Shown: piece after piece, positions 11,090-22,973 of the stretch
Layout: every line of letters starts with the position of its first letter
Position numbering within the stretch: the stretch's first letter is position 1
NCBI GenBank assembly: GCA_030264375.1
Contig: JASCQW010000168.1
Span: forward strand, 12,963,081-13,022,994
Source: Carcharhinus longimanus
Lineage: Eukaryota
DNA: 59,914 bases
Direction: 5' to 3'
Position numbers and translations under genes: made by a program
Notes under the pieces: generated by a model
Database searches by the model: none
Seen by the model: only the letters and a program-made list of their open reading frames with translations
Told to the model about the DNA's origin: nothing

Positions 11090-11983
11090 TATTTCTGAAA
11101 GAGAGATAAAGCTTTTCATCTTGCACTCATTAGGACAGTTCACAAGAATATCAACAGTGGAGGAAACAACAATTTACCCTATGTGAAAAGAGGATACTGA
11201 TTGATTGGTAGAGTGATTGTCATGCAGGATGTACCAGGAACAGTAAAACCGCCAAGCTTCTGTTCAAATTCAAATCAGGCAGGTATTGGTCAAGGCACTG
11301 CCATGACCAATGAACTAGGGAACAGTTGTATCCCAAGCTTTTGGATATTTGCCTGTCATACAAACGAGTAACGTGTTATATAAATTTCAGTGCTGGTGTG
11401 ATATCAGTATGTAGGACATACATCCCAACAACTGGTGGATTGGTGGATTAGTACATCCCTTTGGTTGTCCTTAACAGACAAAGTACTGACTGTACCCAAC
11501 CAGCCTGTGTTTGCAAACCTCAAAACAATGTCCAAATTTAGATATGTTCCCATGATTGGACAAGCCTTGCTAAACAATTCTGATGGTGCTAATAATTACA
11601 CAGTGGACCAATTATCAGTCAGACTCAGTGTGGCTCACTTACACATGCCAGAAGCTACATATATTCACATACAGGACCATGTTTTTTGCAGACAGAAGGG
11701 GTATGTCCATGTCCACCTTTTTCAACAAAGCAAAAGCTTGATTGTCAACAATTCCCTGGTCTATTCCCCATGGCAATGCCTTAAACCAGAGTCCACTTGC
11801 CTGGTTTGGATTTGAAGAAAAGCTTGGCAGTTAATGGTTCCCTGGTGCATTCTCCATGGCGATGCCTCTACCAATCAGACACATTTGCCAACCAATGGGC
11901 ACTCTCTTCTCAGGCAGTGTAAATGGTTTTTCTCGCAATGTGTCCCAATGAGTGTTTAGACAGGAAGTCTTTTCTTCAGCAAT
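11090..11983 (+). mobile_element. Penelope-like element remnant: GIY-YIG endonuclease fragment between inverted pseudo-LTR arms
   Basis: Frameshifted SNVLYKFQCWCDI/YVGHTSQQL...IGQALLNN...AHLHMPEATYIH...CRQK (11365-11720). 11090-11345 is an inverted homologue of 11730-11983. Confidence 0.85.
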
Positions 11984-12683
11984 CCTAAATGCTCAATATT
12001 CAAGGCATGCTGCGTTAAACTGACAGGCTATTATTTGACACCTAATGTAAGTCTTCTCTTTGGTGAGCACTATAATCTTTTCCGGTGAATAATAAAATGG
12101 AATTCGTTCATAACCTCATTTATAAAATTGATAATTTTCATGTTTGAGGGAATAAACCTTCGTCAGAGCATATTTTCAAACAGAGATAACATCAAAGGGA
12201 TATTGTATTCATGAAGAATTGCGTGTTGAGTAGATCAGGAGTTAATAATTTTAGTTCTTGGTCCATCTGGGTACAGTGAACACTGCAAACTGGACACTTT
12301 TGATGGAGCACTTATCTTAAAAGAATCTATTTATCATCTGAAGACCCAGGAAAATTCACATATCAGCCTCACTTAGACATGATATATTGTTTGAAAATAC
12401 AGAGTTCCACTGTTCATTCTGCTTCAACCAAAAGCTAAAAAGGTGAGTTAAACACATGTATGGCAGAGTGAGCCATTGTTTTCTGATGCTTTTCCAACCT
12501 TTAGTCTGTCCTTGGCTTTTGGAACAAGGATTTTTATTTTTCATTCATTTTTATTTTGAAATATGTAGTTCGCGTTTCCCTGAGCATGAACTGATTTCCT
12601 ATCACACCTTCTCTACTGTAGATGTAACACTTTGACTCCACACTCATTCTGGCATCTTAAGATTTGATTATCTAAATTTGAGA

Positions 12684-12995
12684 GGTGGCACAGTGGTTAG
12701 CATTGCTGTCTCATAGCACCAGGGACCTGGGTTCAACTCCCGGCTTGGGTCACTGTCTGTGTGGAGGTTTGCATGTTCTCCCTGTGTCTGCATGGGTTTT
12801 GTCCAGGTGCTCCAGTTTCCTTCCACAGTCTGAAAGATGTGCGGGTTATGTGGATTGGCCATGCTAAATTTACCCTCACTGTCTAGGGGACTAGCTAGAG
12901 TAAATATATGAGGTGATGGGAATGGGGCCTGGGTGGGATAGTGGTCGGTGCAGACTCAATGGGCCGAATGGCCTCCTTCTGCACGTGGGATTCTA
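12684..12995 (+). mobile_element. HE1-type V-SINE, near full length
   Basis: ggtggcacagtggttagcattgctgtctcatagcaccagggacctgggttcaactcc head and CR1-like tail. Confidence 0.92.
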
Positions 12996-13368
12996 AATTG
13001 CCCTGTTTTAATGGATTGGTGCTGATTTTTACATGCTTGTATTTGATATTAACAGAGCAGTGGGGGTGGCCTTGAGGGTAGAGGTATTGGCTAAGGGCCT
13101 CAAAGCAAATTTAGTAACCCAATTTCTGCTTTCATGATGAAATCAGTCTACTGCCAGGCCCAGATGAGATGACAGGTCATTGATCTGGAACTCTGTTTAT
13201 CTCTTTACAGATGTTGCCTCACCAACTCTGTATTTCCAGCATTTTCTACTTTTATTTCAGAATTATCTTTATAGGGCACATGGAATGAATCTTCTTCCAG
13301 ATCCTTCAGAGTAACTTTGGCCACAGGCAGCCCGAACTTACCTTGCTGATAACCAGGGCAAACTCAAT

Positions 13369-14366
13369 ATTACGATCTCTGTTTTGATTTAGAACATTGG
13401 GGATTTGAATTTCATTTTCAGCGATCAATTTAAAGAATTACACAACAAGAATTCAAGTGTTACAACTTTTACTGCAACAAACTAAACACAATGTGGACTA
13501 AACCCTTTAACCTACAGAACAGATTTGCCCCTTTTAATATTTAAAGCAACTAAAAATCTCCCTCTCCATGGCTGTACTTTACACTATCCCTTAACTAGTC
13601 ATTCAATTTTCCCAGAACCCATCCAAAGTGATTCTTAGTTCCCAAGGGCTCACTTCAGTTCTTTTTATTTCCAGGCCTGGTAACTTTTAACCCCATAAGT
13701 GTCTTTGGTGAGGGTTGACCTGGAGATTCTCCCTCTAGCTCAAGCAAGGCAAATTGTCCAGCCTTGTTTTAAATCCTCATGAATTTGATCTTTTCAATCC
13801 AAGCACGAGTTCGCAGTAGCATTTCTGCATGGCAAACCAAAGAATCTTGCCACCTCTTGATCCTCCATCAGATTCTAGCAGGCTGACTTTGTCCATGAGA
13901 TTCAATGATATTTTAAAGAGAGAAAAAAACTATGTAAGCTCATATTACAAGGGTTTCTTATGCACTGTTCCTTCCAAAAGCACATCCCCATGGCAATTTG
14001 AATCATATGGGCCTTGTATGGTAACAAAAGTGCTAATTAACTATCCTTTAGACACCTAACTTAATTCCATCTTTAAATTAAAGACAGTTAATATGTAACT
14101 ATTTACAAAATCTGACATTCTTAACATATCCCTAAGACTTTGAAAACTGTTAGTCTATCCATAGTCAGCACAGAATCTTCTGTCATTAGGCACAAATCTG
14201 AACATCTTTCCACTCCAACTCTGATCTCCCCTTTAATCTTGAGCAATCGACCCATCCAGGTTTGCTGTCAACAGAAGGTGGAACAGGTCACATGACCCCC
14301 TTCACTCCTCCATTTTATACTAAATTAGAAACAGTCTGAAAACCTATAAATCTCATATTTGTAACA
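13369..14366. mobile_element. Possible solo-LTR-like element
   Basis: tattacgatc/tgttaca near the left end and tgtaaca at 14360-14366. No clean target-site duplication found. Confidence 0.3.
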
Positions 14367-15104
14367 TAGACTACAGTTCACTGAGCCACAGCTGGACGCT
14401 CATTTAGCACTCCACAGCTCAGCAGCTGTCGGAAATGAAGCCACGGCCTTCGAGTAGTGACCACCTCTTCGTATCAAAAGCAAGCGGCTAGCCCATCAGC
14501 GACATCAGCGTGTCATCCAAAAAATCAAAACCAAACCCATGATCTATTAAATTTGCATTTGTTTTACCAACAGCTGCCTAAATGATCCTGCCAGACTTGG
14601 GCACTACCAAAGTTCACCATTCATCCCGGTGTATGCTCCATAAAGGGCACTGTCAAATAGAAACATAGAAAGTAGGTGCAGGAGTAGACCATTTGCACTT
14701 GCACCACCATCCAATATGATCAAACGTTTAACAGGTCCTCAGTTCCCAGCCTTTTCTTTATCGGTCATTTGTGGAGACACTAAAAGTTACTTGTACGTTC
14801 TCTGTTTCTAGTGTCTTTACATTGTCTCACCAAGATGAAGATTTATATCCTTTAACAGAATCCTACTTCTCTACTGAGTAGTTTGTGGATCGGTCACTCC
14901 ATTTACCTCCTCTCATTTCTGCATCTCTCTTCACTTTCTTTCCTCATCCAAGATATTAAGGGTTTCCTTAACTTTTCTGATTTTCGTTTTCTGATTGCGG
15001 TTTGCCTCATGACGTGCAATGATGACCAACTGTGAATTTCCATTTTTAGTGGAGAGAACTTTATCTTTCTATGTTATTGTGCTGAGATTGTAATGATCAG
15101 ATTA

Positions 15105-15383
15105 TAGTGATGGCTTACAGTGCCAGGTTTGATTCCTGGCTTGGGTCACTGTCTGTGCGGAGTCTGCACATGTTCCCCAGGTCTGCTTGTATTTCCTCTG
15201 GATGCTCTGGTTTCCCTCCCATGGTCCAAAAGACATGCTGGTTATGTGCACTGGCCATGCTAAATTCTCCCTCAGTGCACCTGAACAGGCATCAGGCAGT
15301 GGCAACTAGGGGATTTTCACAGTAACTTCATTGTGGTGTTAATATAAGCCTACTTGTGACACTAATAAATAAGCTAAACTAAA
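15105..15383 (+). mobile_element. HE1-type V-SINE variant with alternative (Rex1-like) tail
   Basis: HE1 head and core, then ggcaactaggggattttcacagtaacttc...gtgacactaataaataa. Confidence 0.85.
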
Positions 15384-15389
15384 CAGTTT

Positions 15390-15577
15390 CATATTCAACC
15401 ACATTAAGTTGATCTGCATTAAAATGATCTTTCTCTGTACCCCAACTATGACTGCAACACTACGTTCTGCACTCTCTCATTTTCTTCTCTATGAACAGTA
15501 TGCTGTATAGCACACAAGAAACAATACTTTTCACTATATATCAATACGTGTGACAATAATAAATCAAATCAAATCAA
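15390..15577 (+). mobile_element. Rex1/Babar LINE 3' UTR
   Basis: Homologous to 18650-18825; ends gtgacaataataaatcaaatcaaatc. Confidence 0.8.
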
Positions 15578-15699
15578 GCTGGATGCTCTTACAAGCTTAC
15601 TGAAGTTTATCATTTGGAAATCTGAATGCCAACAGCAATCAAAGGCTTTAATAATATCTGGACAGTCAGCAAACTATATAATTATATATATTATAACTA

Positions 15700-15775
15700 T
15701 ATCTGGAATTCTCTGCCCGTTGAAGTGGTGGAGGCTGCCTCGCTAAATATTTTTAAGACGCGGGTTGATGGGTTT
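15700..15775 (+). mobile_element. Young CR1/HER1 3' fragment running into a gap
   Basis: IWNSLPVEVVEAASLNIFKTRVDGF, with CpGs intact. Confidence 0.85.
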
Positions 15776-16039
15776 NNNNNNNNNNNNNNNNNNNNNNNNN
15801 NNNNNNNNNNNNNNNNNNNNNNNNNNNNNNNNNNNNNNNNNNNNNNNNNNNNNNNNNNNNNNNNNNNNNNNNNNNNNNNNNNNNNNNNNNNNNNNNNNNN
15901 NNNNNNNNNNNNNNNNNNNNNNNNNNNNNNNNNNNNNNNNNNNNNNNNNNNNNNNNNNNNNNNNNNNNNNNNNNNACACCTTAACATGACCCAATTATTC
16001 CAGAATTTAGTCGAATGGCCTACTTCTGCAATATAATGA

Positions 16040-16780
16040 CTCTAAGCCAAAGCCAGAGGATCAGAGTAAATGGAGTGGTGAAGATAGAGAAGGTTCAGAT
16101 GACGCAAGAATGAAATGTTTAATTTGATACATTGGAGGAAGAAAAAAGTGAACGAGAACAGGAATGCGTGCAAGATCAGAAGAGGGCACTGGAGATTTGG
16201 ACAGGTTAGAGATGGAGCTCCTAGATGATGGAGCAGAGAGTTCAGGAAACTGATAAGCAAAGAGGTAAAGCCAAGATGGATAATGTTCTGGAGGTGAAAG
16301 TAAAAGACATTGGTTATGGACAAAGGTATGAAATTTGAAGTTCAATTCTGGAATTAAAAGCAATAGGAAGATCTTATACCTTCGGTCTCAGTGTGATTAA
16401 GTAGTTGGGAGGAAAATACACTCACAGCTTGGAGTTTTTGGCAGGAAACAATAGGTTAATTTTGATGTTCACAATGTTCAAGTGGAGGGAACTATGGCTC
16501 ATCTACGACTTAATCAAAGAAAGACATCTTAACACGAATTTTTGGGAGTTGAATCAACCTGGAATTTTAATACACACACAGAAATTTACTTCATCCCATG
16601 AGAAAATGAATCTGAAAGGAAACATATAACAACAAAAAAATGCAAGGGACAGGAATGAATTCTTGGAGGTCAGGAGAAGAAATCGTTCTTAGAAGTCCAT
16701 TTGCTATATTATGACTGATTGGCAAAGAACCATGTGAGAGAAAAGGGTCGCAAAGACAGGTCATGGAGAAGATGTTTGGA
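16040..16780 (-). mobile_element. Old L2 LINE RT-region fragment
   Basis: TNVFYFHLQNIIHL resembles the L2 motif TKTAYFHLRNIARL. Confidence 0.6.
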
Positions 16781-17009
16781 GGTTATTGATACCATCACCA
16801 GGGTGGCACTAAAACCATCACTGTAATATGTTCATTAAAATCTTGGTACAATAACACAGAAAGATAAAGTTCTCTTCACTTCAAATGGAAATTCAAGATT
16901 GGCATTGCAACGTCATTGCAGGTCATGGGGCAAAAGCTCAATCAGAAAAGGAGGCATAACAGAATTGAACAATTACACATAGAACTACAGAACATTACTT
17001 TCACTAAAC

Positions 17010-18085
17010 CAAGTTGTGAATTCCAGGTGTCCATCATCCTCTGGTTGAAGATTATCCTCATGTCCCCTCTAATCCTTCCATCAATAACCTTACATCTGTG
17101 CTCCTTGACAATTGGCCACTCTGGTAAGGGAAACAGAGCATTCCTGACTACTCTATCTAGACCCCTCCTAATCTTGTAAGTCTCAATTAAATCTCCTCTC
17201 AGCCTACCCTGCTCTAAGCGAAGTAATTCCAGCCTATCGAATCTTCCTTTGTAGCTGAAATTCTCCAGCCCTGGCAACATTCTTGTAAATTGCCTCTCCA
17301 TAACAATTACGTCCTTCCTGTAATGTGGTGACCAGAATTACACACAAAATGCTAACCATAGCCAAACCAACTTTTATACATTTTGAGCATTGAGCATTAC
17401 ATCTCTGTTTTTGTATTCTATACCTCATCCAATAAAGAAAGCATTCCATTTGCTTTCTTTACCACCTTATTCACCTGTCCAACCACCTTCAGAGACTTGT
17501 GAACAATGACCCTAAAGACCCTCACTTCCTTGTCCCCTCCTGTGTATTCCCCTGCTTTGTTTGTCCTCCCCAAGTGCATTATCTCACACTTTTCCAGATT
17601 GAATTTCATTTGCCACTTTTCCACCAATTCAGCCAACCATTGATATAATTCTGGAGTTGGCAGCTATCCTCTTCACAACTACATGGCCAACTTTTGTGTC
17701 ACCTGTCATCATGCCTTCCACATTTAAGTCTAAATCATTAAAATACAAAAACAGCAAGAGTCAAACACTGAGCCCTGTAGAATCTCACTGGCAATCAGTT
17801 TCCATTTGCTAAAACCTCTATTGACCATTATTTTTGCTTCCTGTCAATGAACCAGTTTTAGATCCAACTCACCACTTCCCCCTGTATCCCATAGGCTTTT
17901 ACTTTTCTGACCAGTCTACCGTGAGACCTTGTCAAATACTTTACTGAAATTCATTTAGACACCATCCATAGCAATACCTTCATCAACCCTCCCTGTTACT
18001 TCCTCAAAAAATGTAATTAAATTAGTAAGACGTGAACTTCCCTGACAAATGATGTTGACTATCCCCAATTAATCAGTTCCTTTCC
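17010..18085 (-). mobile_element. CR1/HER1 LINE RT region, decayed
   Basis: ORFs WQMKFNLEKCEIMHLGRTNK...VNKVVKKANGML and QFTRMLPGLENFSY...RLRGDLIETYKI. Confidence 0.92.
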
Positions 18086-18154
18086 TATAATGAATATTAT
18101 GTCTAACATTTCATAACCCTCCCCTTCAGGAAGCATAGTGAAGGACATGTTCTT

Positions 18155-18825
18155 GTGATTAAGTGGAAATGGTCAAGATCTTCAAGCTTTGAGGTGTTCA
18201 GATCACCAATAATCTGTCCTGGTCCCTCAACACTGACCTATAGTTAAGAAAGTCCATCAACGTCTCTAATTTCTCGGAGGCTAAGGAAATTCGGCATGTC
18301 CATTCTGACTCTCAACAAATTTTACAGATGCATCATAAAAAACAACCTTTCTGGATGTATCACAGCTTGGTTTGGTTCCTGCTCTGACCAAGACTGCAAG
18401 AAACTATGAAGGGTCATGAATGAAGCCCAATCCATCATGCAAACCAGCCTCCTATCCATTGACTCTGCCTATACTTTCTGCTGCCTCAGAAAAGCAGCCA
18501 GCATAATCAAAGACCCCAAGCACCCCGGATATTCTCTCTTTTACCTTCTTCTGACAGGAAAAAGATACAAAAGTCTGCGAACACGTACTAATTGACTCAA
18601 GAACAGCTTCTTCCCTGCTGCCATCAGACTTTTGAATGGATCTATCTTAACATTAAATTGAACTTTCTCTTCACCCTATCTGTAATTGAAATACTATATT
18701 CTGTACCCCCTCTTTTCCTTCTCCCCTATGTATTCTATGAACAGTATGTTTTGCCTGTACCGTGCACAAGAAACAATACTTTCCACTGTATCCCAAGGTA
18801 CGTGACAATAATAAATCAAATCAAA
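18155..18825 (+). mobile_element. Rex1/Babar LINE 3' end nested in the CR1
   Basis: Degenerate GVQITNNLSW..FLRRLRKFGM..KDPKHPG..LFYLLLTGKRYKSLRTRTN.LKNSFFPAAIRLLN, with an (aatca)n tail. Confidence 0.88.
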
Positions 18826-18829
18826 AATT

Positions 18830-19340
18830 TAATTAGAATGTCTGCGTCATTCCTCTCCACTGTGAAGACAAAGTACTCATTAAGAACCTCCCTACATCTT
18901 TTGCACAAGTTATACTGTACACCCCTGATCAAACCTGCCCTTTCCTTAGTTATCCTCCTGCTCTTAAGGTACTGATAAAACATTGTGGGTTTTCCTCAAT
19001 TATACATGCCAACATTTTAATATCCTTTATTTGCTTTCCTAATTTCCTTTATTTGCTTTCCTAAATTTCCTTTATTTTTACTTCATTCCTGTATTTTCTA
19101 TACCACTAGGTATTCTTAAGTATTAGGTTTTTTATGGCTGTATTAAACTTTTATTTTTCTGCATTATTTTACCCTGTACACTTCTGGATAACCCAGGGGC
19201 TCTTGATTTGGCAGTAACACCATTTTTCTTTGGCGGGGGTCAAGTCTACTAGTGCCTCTAAAATCTTGTTCTTGAATGTCTCCTGTTGATCTATCACTAT
19301 AACCAGTCCATTTCACCAGATCACCTTGCAACTTTATAAA
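18830..19340 (-). mobile_element. CR1 LINE fragment (continuation), containing a 22-bp tandem repeat at 19023-19078
   Basis: tccactgtgaagacaaagtactcatt is CR1-like; tcctttatttgctttcctaatt occurs about 2.5 times. Confidence 0.6.
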
Positions 19341-20426
19341 TTTGTTTTTCGTCAATTTAGAAATGTTTCAGTTACGCTGGATAAATTTGTATGCTGTGCA
19401 CACCAAGTTACTCTTGACTGAGAGAGAGGCTGGACTATACATGATGTTATACAATTCTGCAGGCTCTGGAATCCATGTTTTGACATCATAATTTATCTAT
19501 TCCAAAAGCAAAGGAAATCATCACGCCATTTAAACGTGTTAATTCTGGTGCAGCTCACTTTATAGCAAAGGGCAATGTTACTTAACAAAAGCCATAGAAA
19601 ATCAATATTTTGGGACTCCTAGTAGTTACTGTATTACAGTATTTACTCAGTTTGTTGCATCTATTTAATCCAGAATTTTAAGATGAAAGTAAAGGTAAAA
19701 ATTCCTGAATAAGAATGGACAAGTTGAAACTCAGTGGAATCTCATTACTTTTCAGCAATAAGTTGGAAAAGTTTTGCATTTTTAATCCTCATGTTGATCA
19801 GACAATTGATGAATCATTGTCAGTGCAACTGAAAGACTGCAGACGAGAATGAGCTATCTGCTTCAGCATCTAACGCAGCTAATCAATTGATAAAGTAGAA
19901 AGTCTCTATGAATAGGTGGAGAGAGAAGACTTCTGGTCCCAGTTATTTGCCAGAAGAGAATTACAAGAAAATCAAGGCAGACAACTATTAACACCCAACA
20001 CCTGCATTTCCTAGTGATCATTTGCCCTACAAAATAATTTAACACAGAAACATCACACCAAAACTGCTGAAGCTGCGTCAAAAACATTGTAATACATTTT
20101 ATTTCAAAAAAATTAAACTGTTCTACTAAAATAAACATGAATAATGGCGGCCATTTCTAATTCATGCAATGCTATTTTCTATCTACAGAAAGCATTCCCA
20201 AATCAGCAAATGTCTACACTAACATAGAAAGGACTAATCGAAGAGAAAGGCAGTTGCTAATAAGTTCAGTAGGTCTGTCCGAAAGTAAGTGGGTGAGGGA
20301 CTGCATGCTTCTGTGTTTGAACAGCAGTTCTACTCAACACTACGCCTCTAACGTGTCTACATTCCTCAGCAATGCAAATGTGTCTAACACAATCAAGAGA
20401 GTAAAACAAGAGCATGCACATCTTAC

Positions 20427-20435
20427 CTTGATGAA
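20427..20435 (-). CDS. KCNMA1: Candidate 9-nt alternative microexon of KCNMA1 (S1-S2 linker)
   Basis: tctaat...ctctttctcccattcatttcctcttaaaaatatcaaattgttag|TTCATCAAG|gtaagatgTGCATG. Frame-preserving, no stop in phase 2. Confidence 0.5.
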
Positions 20436-21539
20436 CTAACAATTTGATATTTTTAAGAGGAAATGAATGGGAGAAAGAGCTGGTATTAGATCAAGTTATT
20501 TTTGATGGCAGATTCCATTAGTAAAATGTTAGCATGTAGCTTTTCTCAGGAAAAAAAAACTTGTAATCTTTAGCTTTCCAGCCAGTAAGCACCAGATAGC
20601 TTTTGACAAAGTTGCTGCCGCCACCAAAGCTGTGCAAAGCAGCTAATGAGAAAAGTACTTCAGATGTTTTGTCTTCCCCTCAGCAGGCTGGGATGAATGA
20701 TATCAGGGTTGTGTGTTGCAAGGAAACAAAAAAGTCAAATGAAATAGCACCAATGACATTTGTGCACTCTCCTCTTCCCAAACATCTGTAACCAATGTGA
20801 TTCAGAAGAAAATCAGTCCGAAAGCCACCTCAGTTGAGCACAATAAACCCACTGCACTCTGTTTCCAAAATGGTAACACTTTAAGATTTTAAAAAGTAAA
20901 CTATTGTTTCCTTTTCCCTTGTTCTATCCAATCAACCAATAAAGGACTGAAACATTTCATCTACAATTTGGTGTAAATGTTCACCAAATCCCATTGGTTC
21001 CCATTCCAGGCTTGTAACTATGGATCGTCTGCCATCAATTTCATTTTGAAGTTGGGTAGGTGGCTTATAATCAAAAAAAAACTCGCAAAAATTTTAATTA
21101 TGTCAAACTCTTAGTGTTCTGTTGTAATACTATTGATATGTTCAATTTCACTGGAAGGTCAATGACAAGATTAAGAGCTGGATGGTTGATGCTCAAAGAT
21201 TCCATCGCCTTCCTCATCTCACTGAACTGCTGAAGCATGAGACAATACTCATAAAAAACATGATGCTCAATGTTGTAGGTGGAATTAAAAAAAGAAACGG
21301 TTGAAAATTAAACTTGAACAGTCAGTGAGTTCTGTTTCTTATAGCAATATTTTCTACAAGAGTTTAGAACCAATGGTGGCAACTTGTCATATGCCAGCTG
21401 AGCATTTTAAGGTTGCCAGTTACACTGCACCATCTAATTTGTGGTTTTATTTGATCATCATCAGAATGTGCTGAGAAAGCTGTCAAATTTTCTTTTATCT
21501 GCATATTATATGTTTGAAAATGTCCTTGGACAGCAGGTA

Positions 21540-21858
21540 ATGGTCTTGTGGTTGCCATTTACATCCCCCCTGGATAGATCTTTTGTTTCTTTACTGACCA
21601 TTAACACCCTCCTTTTGCCTTGCACCATCATCCATTTTGTCATTCAAATACTTCTGGTCTCCGCCCTAACAGAGATCTCGCCTTTCCTTCTTTCAATCCT
21701 GCCAACCTTTTGCCTTTTGCTCCCTGACTCAGGTGCTGCTTATAAACAGTTGTATAATTTCTTTCAGTTCTGTTGAAAGATCATCAGTCCAAAATACTAC
21801 CTCTGTATCTCACTCCACAGTTGCTGCCCGAGCTGTTGAATGCTTCCAGCATTTTGTC
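21540..21858 (+). mobile_element. Penelope-derived element
   Basis: Ends ctttcagttctgttgaaagatcatcag...gctgcccgagctgttgaatgcttccagcattttg. Confidence 0.55.
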
Positions 21859-22559
21859 AAGTAATTGGCAGCCCTGTTAACAGACATAATCATGCCTGCT
21901 CTTTGAAAAAATTAATTAGTCCTACTCTCCTGCTCTTTACTATAGCTTTGCAAAATTTTCCTTTTCAGATATATATCCAACTCTTTTGAAAGTTACTATT
22001 GAATCTGCTTTCACCACCAGTTCAGGCAGTGCATTCCAGATCATAGCAGATGATTGTGTAAAATAAGGCATTTTACATCAGCTTCTTTTGCCAATTATCT
22101 TAAATCGGTGCCCTCTTATTACCAAATGTACAGCAATTTTCAAAAAAATACTTCCATTTGCAATGCCGTCAGCATAAGGAGGATATACTTCTTATAAATA
22201 GAAGTGATCCTCCTATTGACAAATTATGAGAGAAAGCAGCTTATTTCCTCTAGACTGCAATCCAATGTAAAATAAATGCATCCCGGAGAAAGGCTGCCAT
22301 CGACTAACTGTTAAGAAAAAGGTAAGGAGAACACATTAAAATGCTCCCAAAAGTTAGGGATTTCATACTTATAAATCAATTAAAAAACACAAAATGTAGA
22401 ATAGCAGATAAATAGTTTATATGCTGGAAATATTTATTAACGTAAGTATTAGTTCACAAGTTATTCCAAAAGTGTATACAAATCTATAAATAGAAATGAT
22501 TAGCATTTTTGCCTATGCTCCATTGGAAAAGCCAAATTAAAAGGTATTGTGGTACTTAC

Positions 22560-22621
22560 TCTGAAGAATCTATGAAGTATATTACAAGTGCACCAATGCT
22601 GAGAGCAAAGACCAAGACCAC
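22560..22621 (-). CDS. KCNMA1: KCNMA1 (Slo1/BK channel alpha) internal coding exon encoding TM segment S1 (canonical exon 3)
   Basis: Minus strand reads tgtttcttctctttttcag|GTGGTCTTGGTC...GATTCTTCAGA|gtaagt. The 62 nt, phase 0 to phase 2, translate as [20 protein letters not shown]+GA, matching the vertebrate Slo1 S1 sequence ([31 protein letters not shown]). Confidence 0.97.
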
Positions 22622-22875
22622 CTGAAAAAGAGAAGAAACAGCTTTTGAGATAGAAGGCCAAAGAGAAGTAAAGTGAATTATAAATAAAGTCAGCAACATT
22701 CATATTACTGTGGACTTCTAATCAATATTAACTTCGTTTACACAAAGACAGCGCCAAATTAAATGTGCCAGTGTTTTGCTGAGACAGGTTGTTGTGTCGC
22801 TTTGTTATAAGTAACACTTATTTATCCTTATGCTTCACTTATGAATAAATCCTTCAAGTTCTGGGCTCTGAACTC

Positions 22876-22973
22876 TGAGCCACGACAGATCAGCCATGAT
22901 CTTATTGAATGGCGGGGCAGGCTCGAGGGGCTAGATGGCCTACTCCTGCTCCTATTTCTTATGTTCTTATGTT
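22876..22973 (+). mobile_element. Young, severely 5'-truncated CR1/HER1 3' UTR with about 10-bp TSD
   Basis: Near-identical to 34707-34806; ttcttatg tail; flanks ctctgaactc (22866-22875) and ctctgaattc (22974-22983). Confidence 0.88.

Larger units (their letters stand above)
1..22559 (-). other. KCNMA1: KCNMA1 intron downstream of the S1 exon (phase 2), partial
   Basis: GT donor at 22559-22558. The next constitutive exon (PIESCQNFYKDFTLQID...) was not found in the window. Confidence 0.85.

Noticed and set aside
12684-12760. tRNA-like sequences with A/B boxes (also at other HE1 heads)
   Set aside because: These are SINE heads continuous with SINE core and tail, not tRNA genes.
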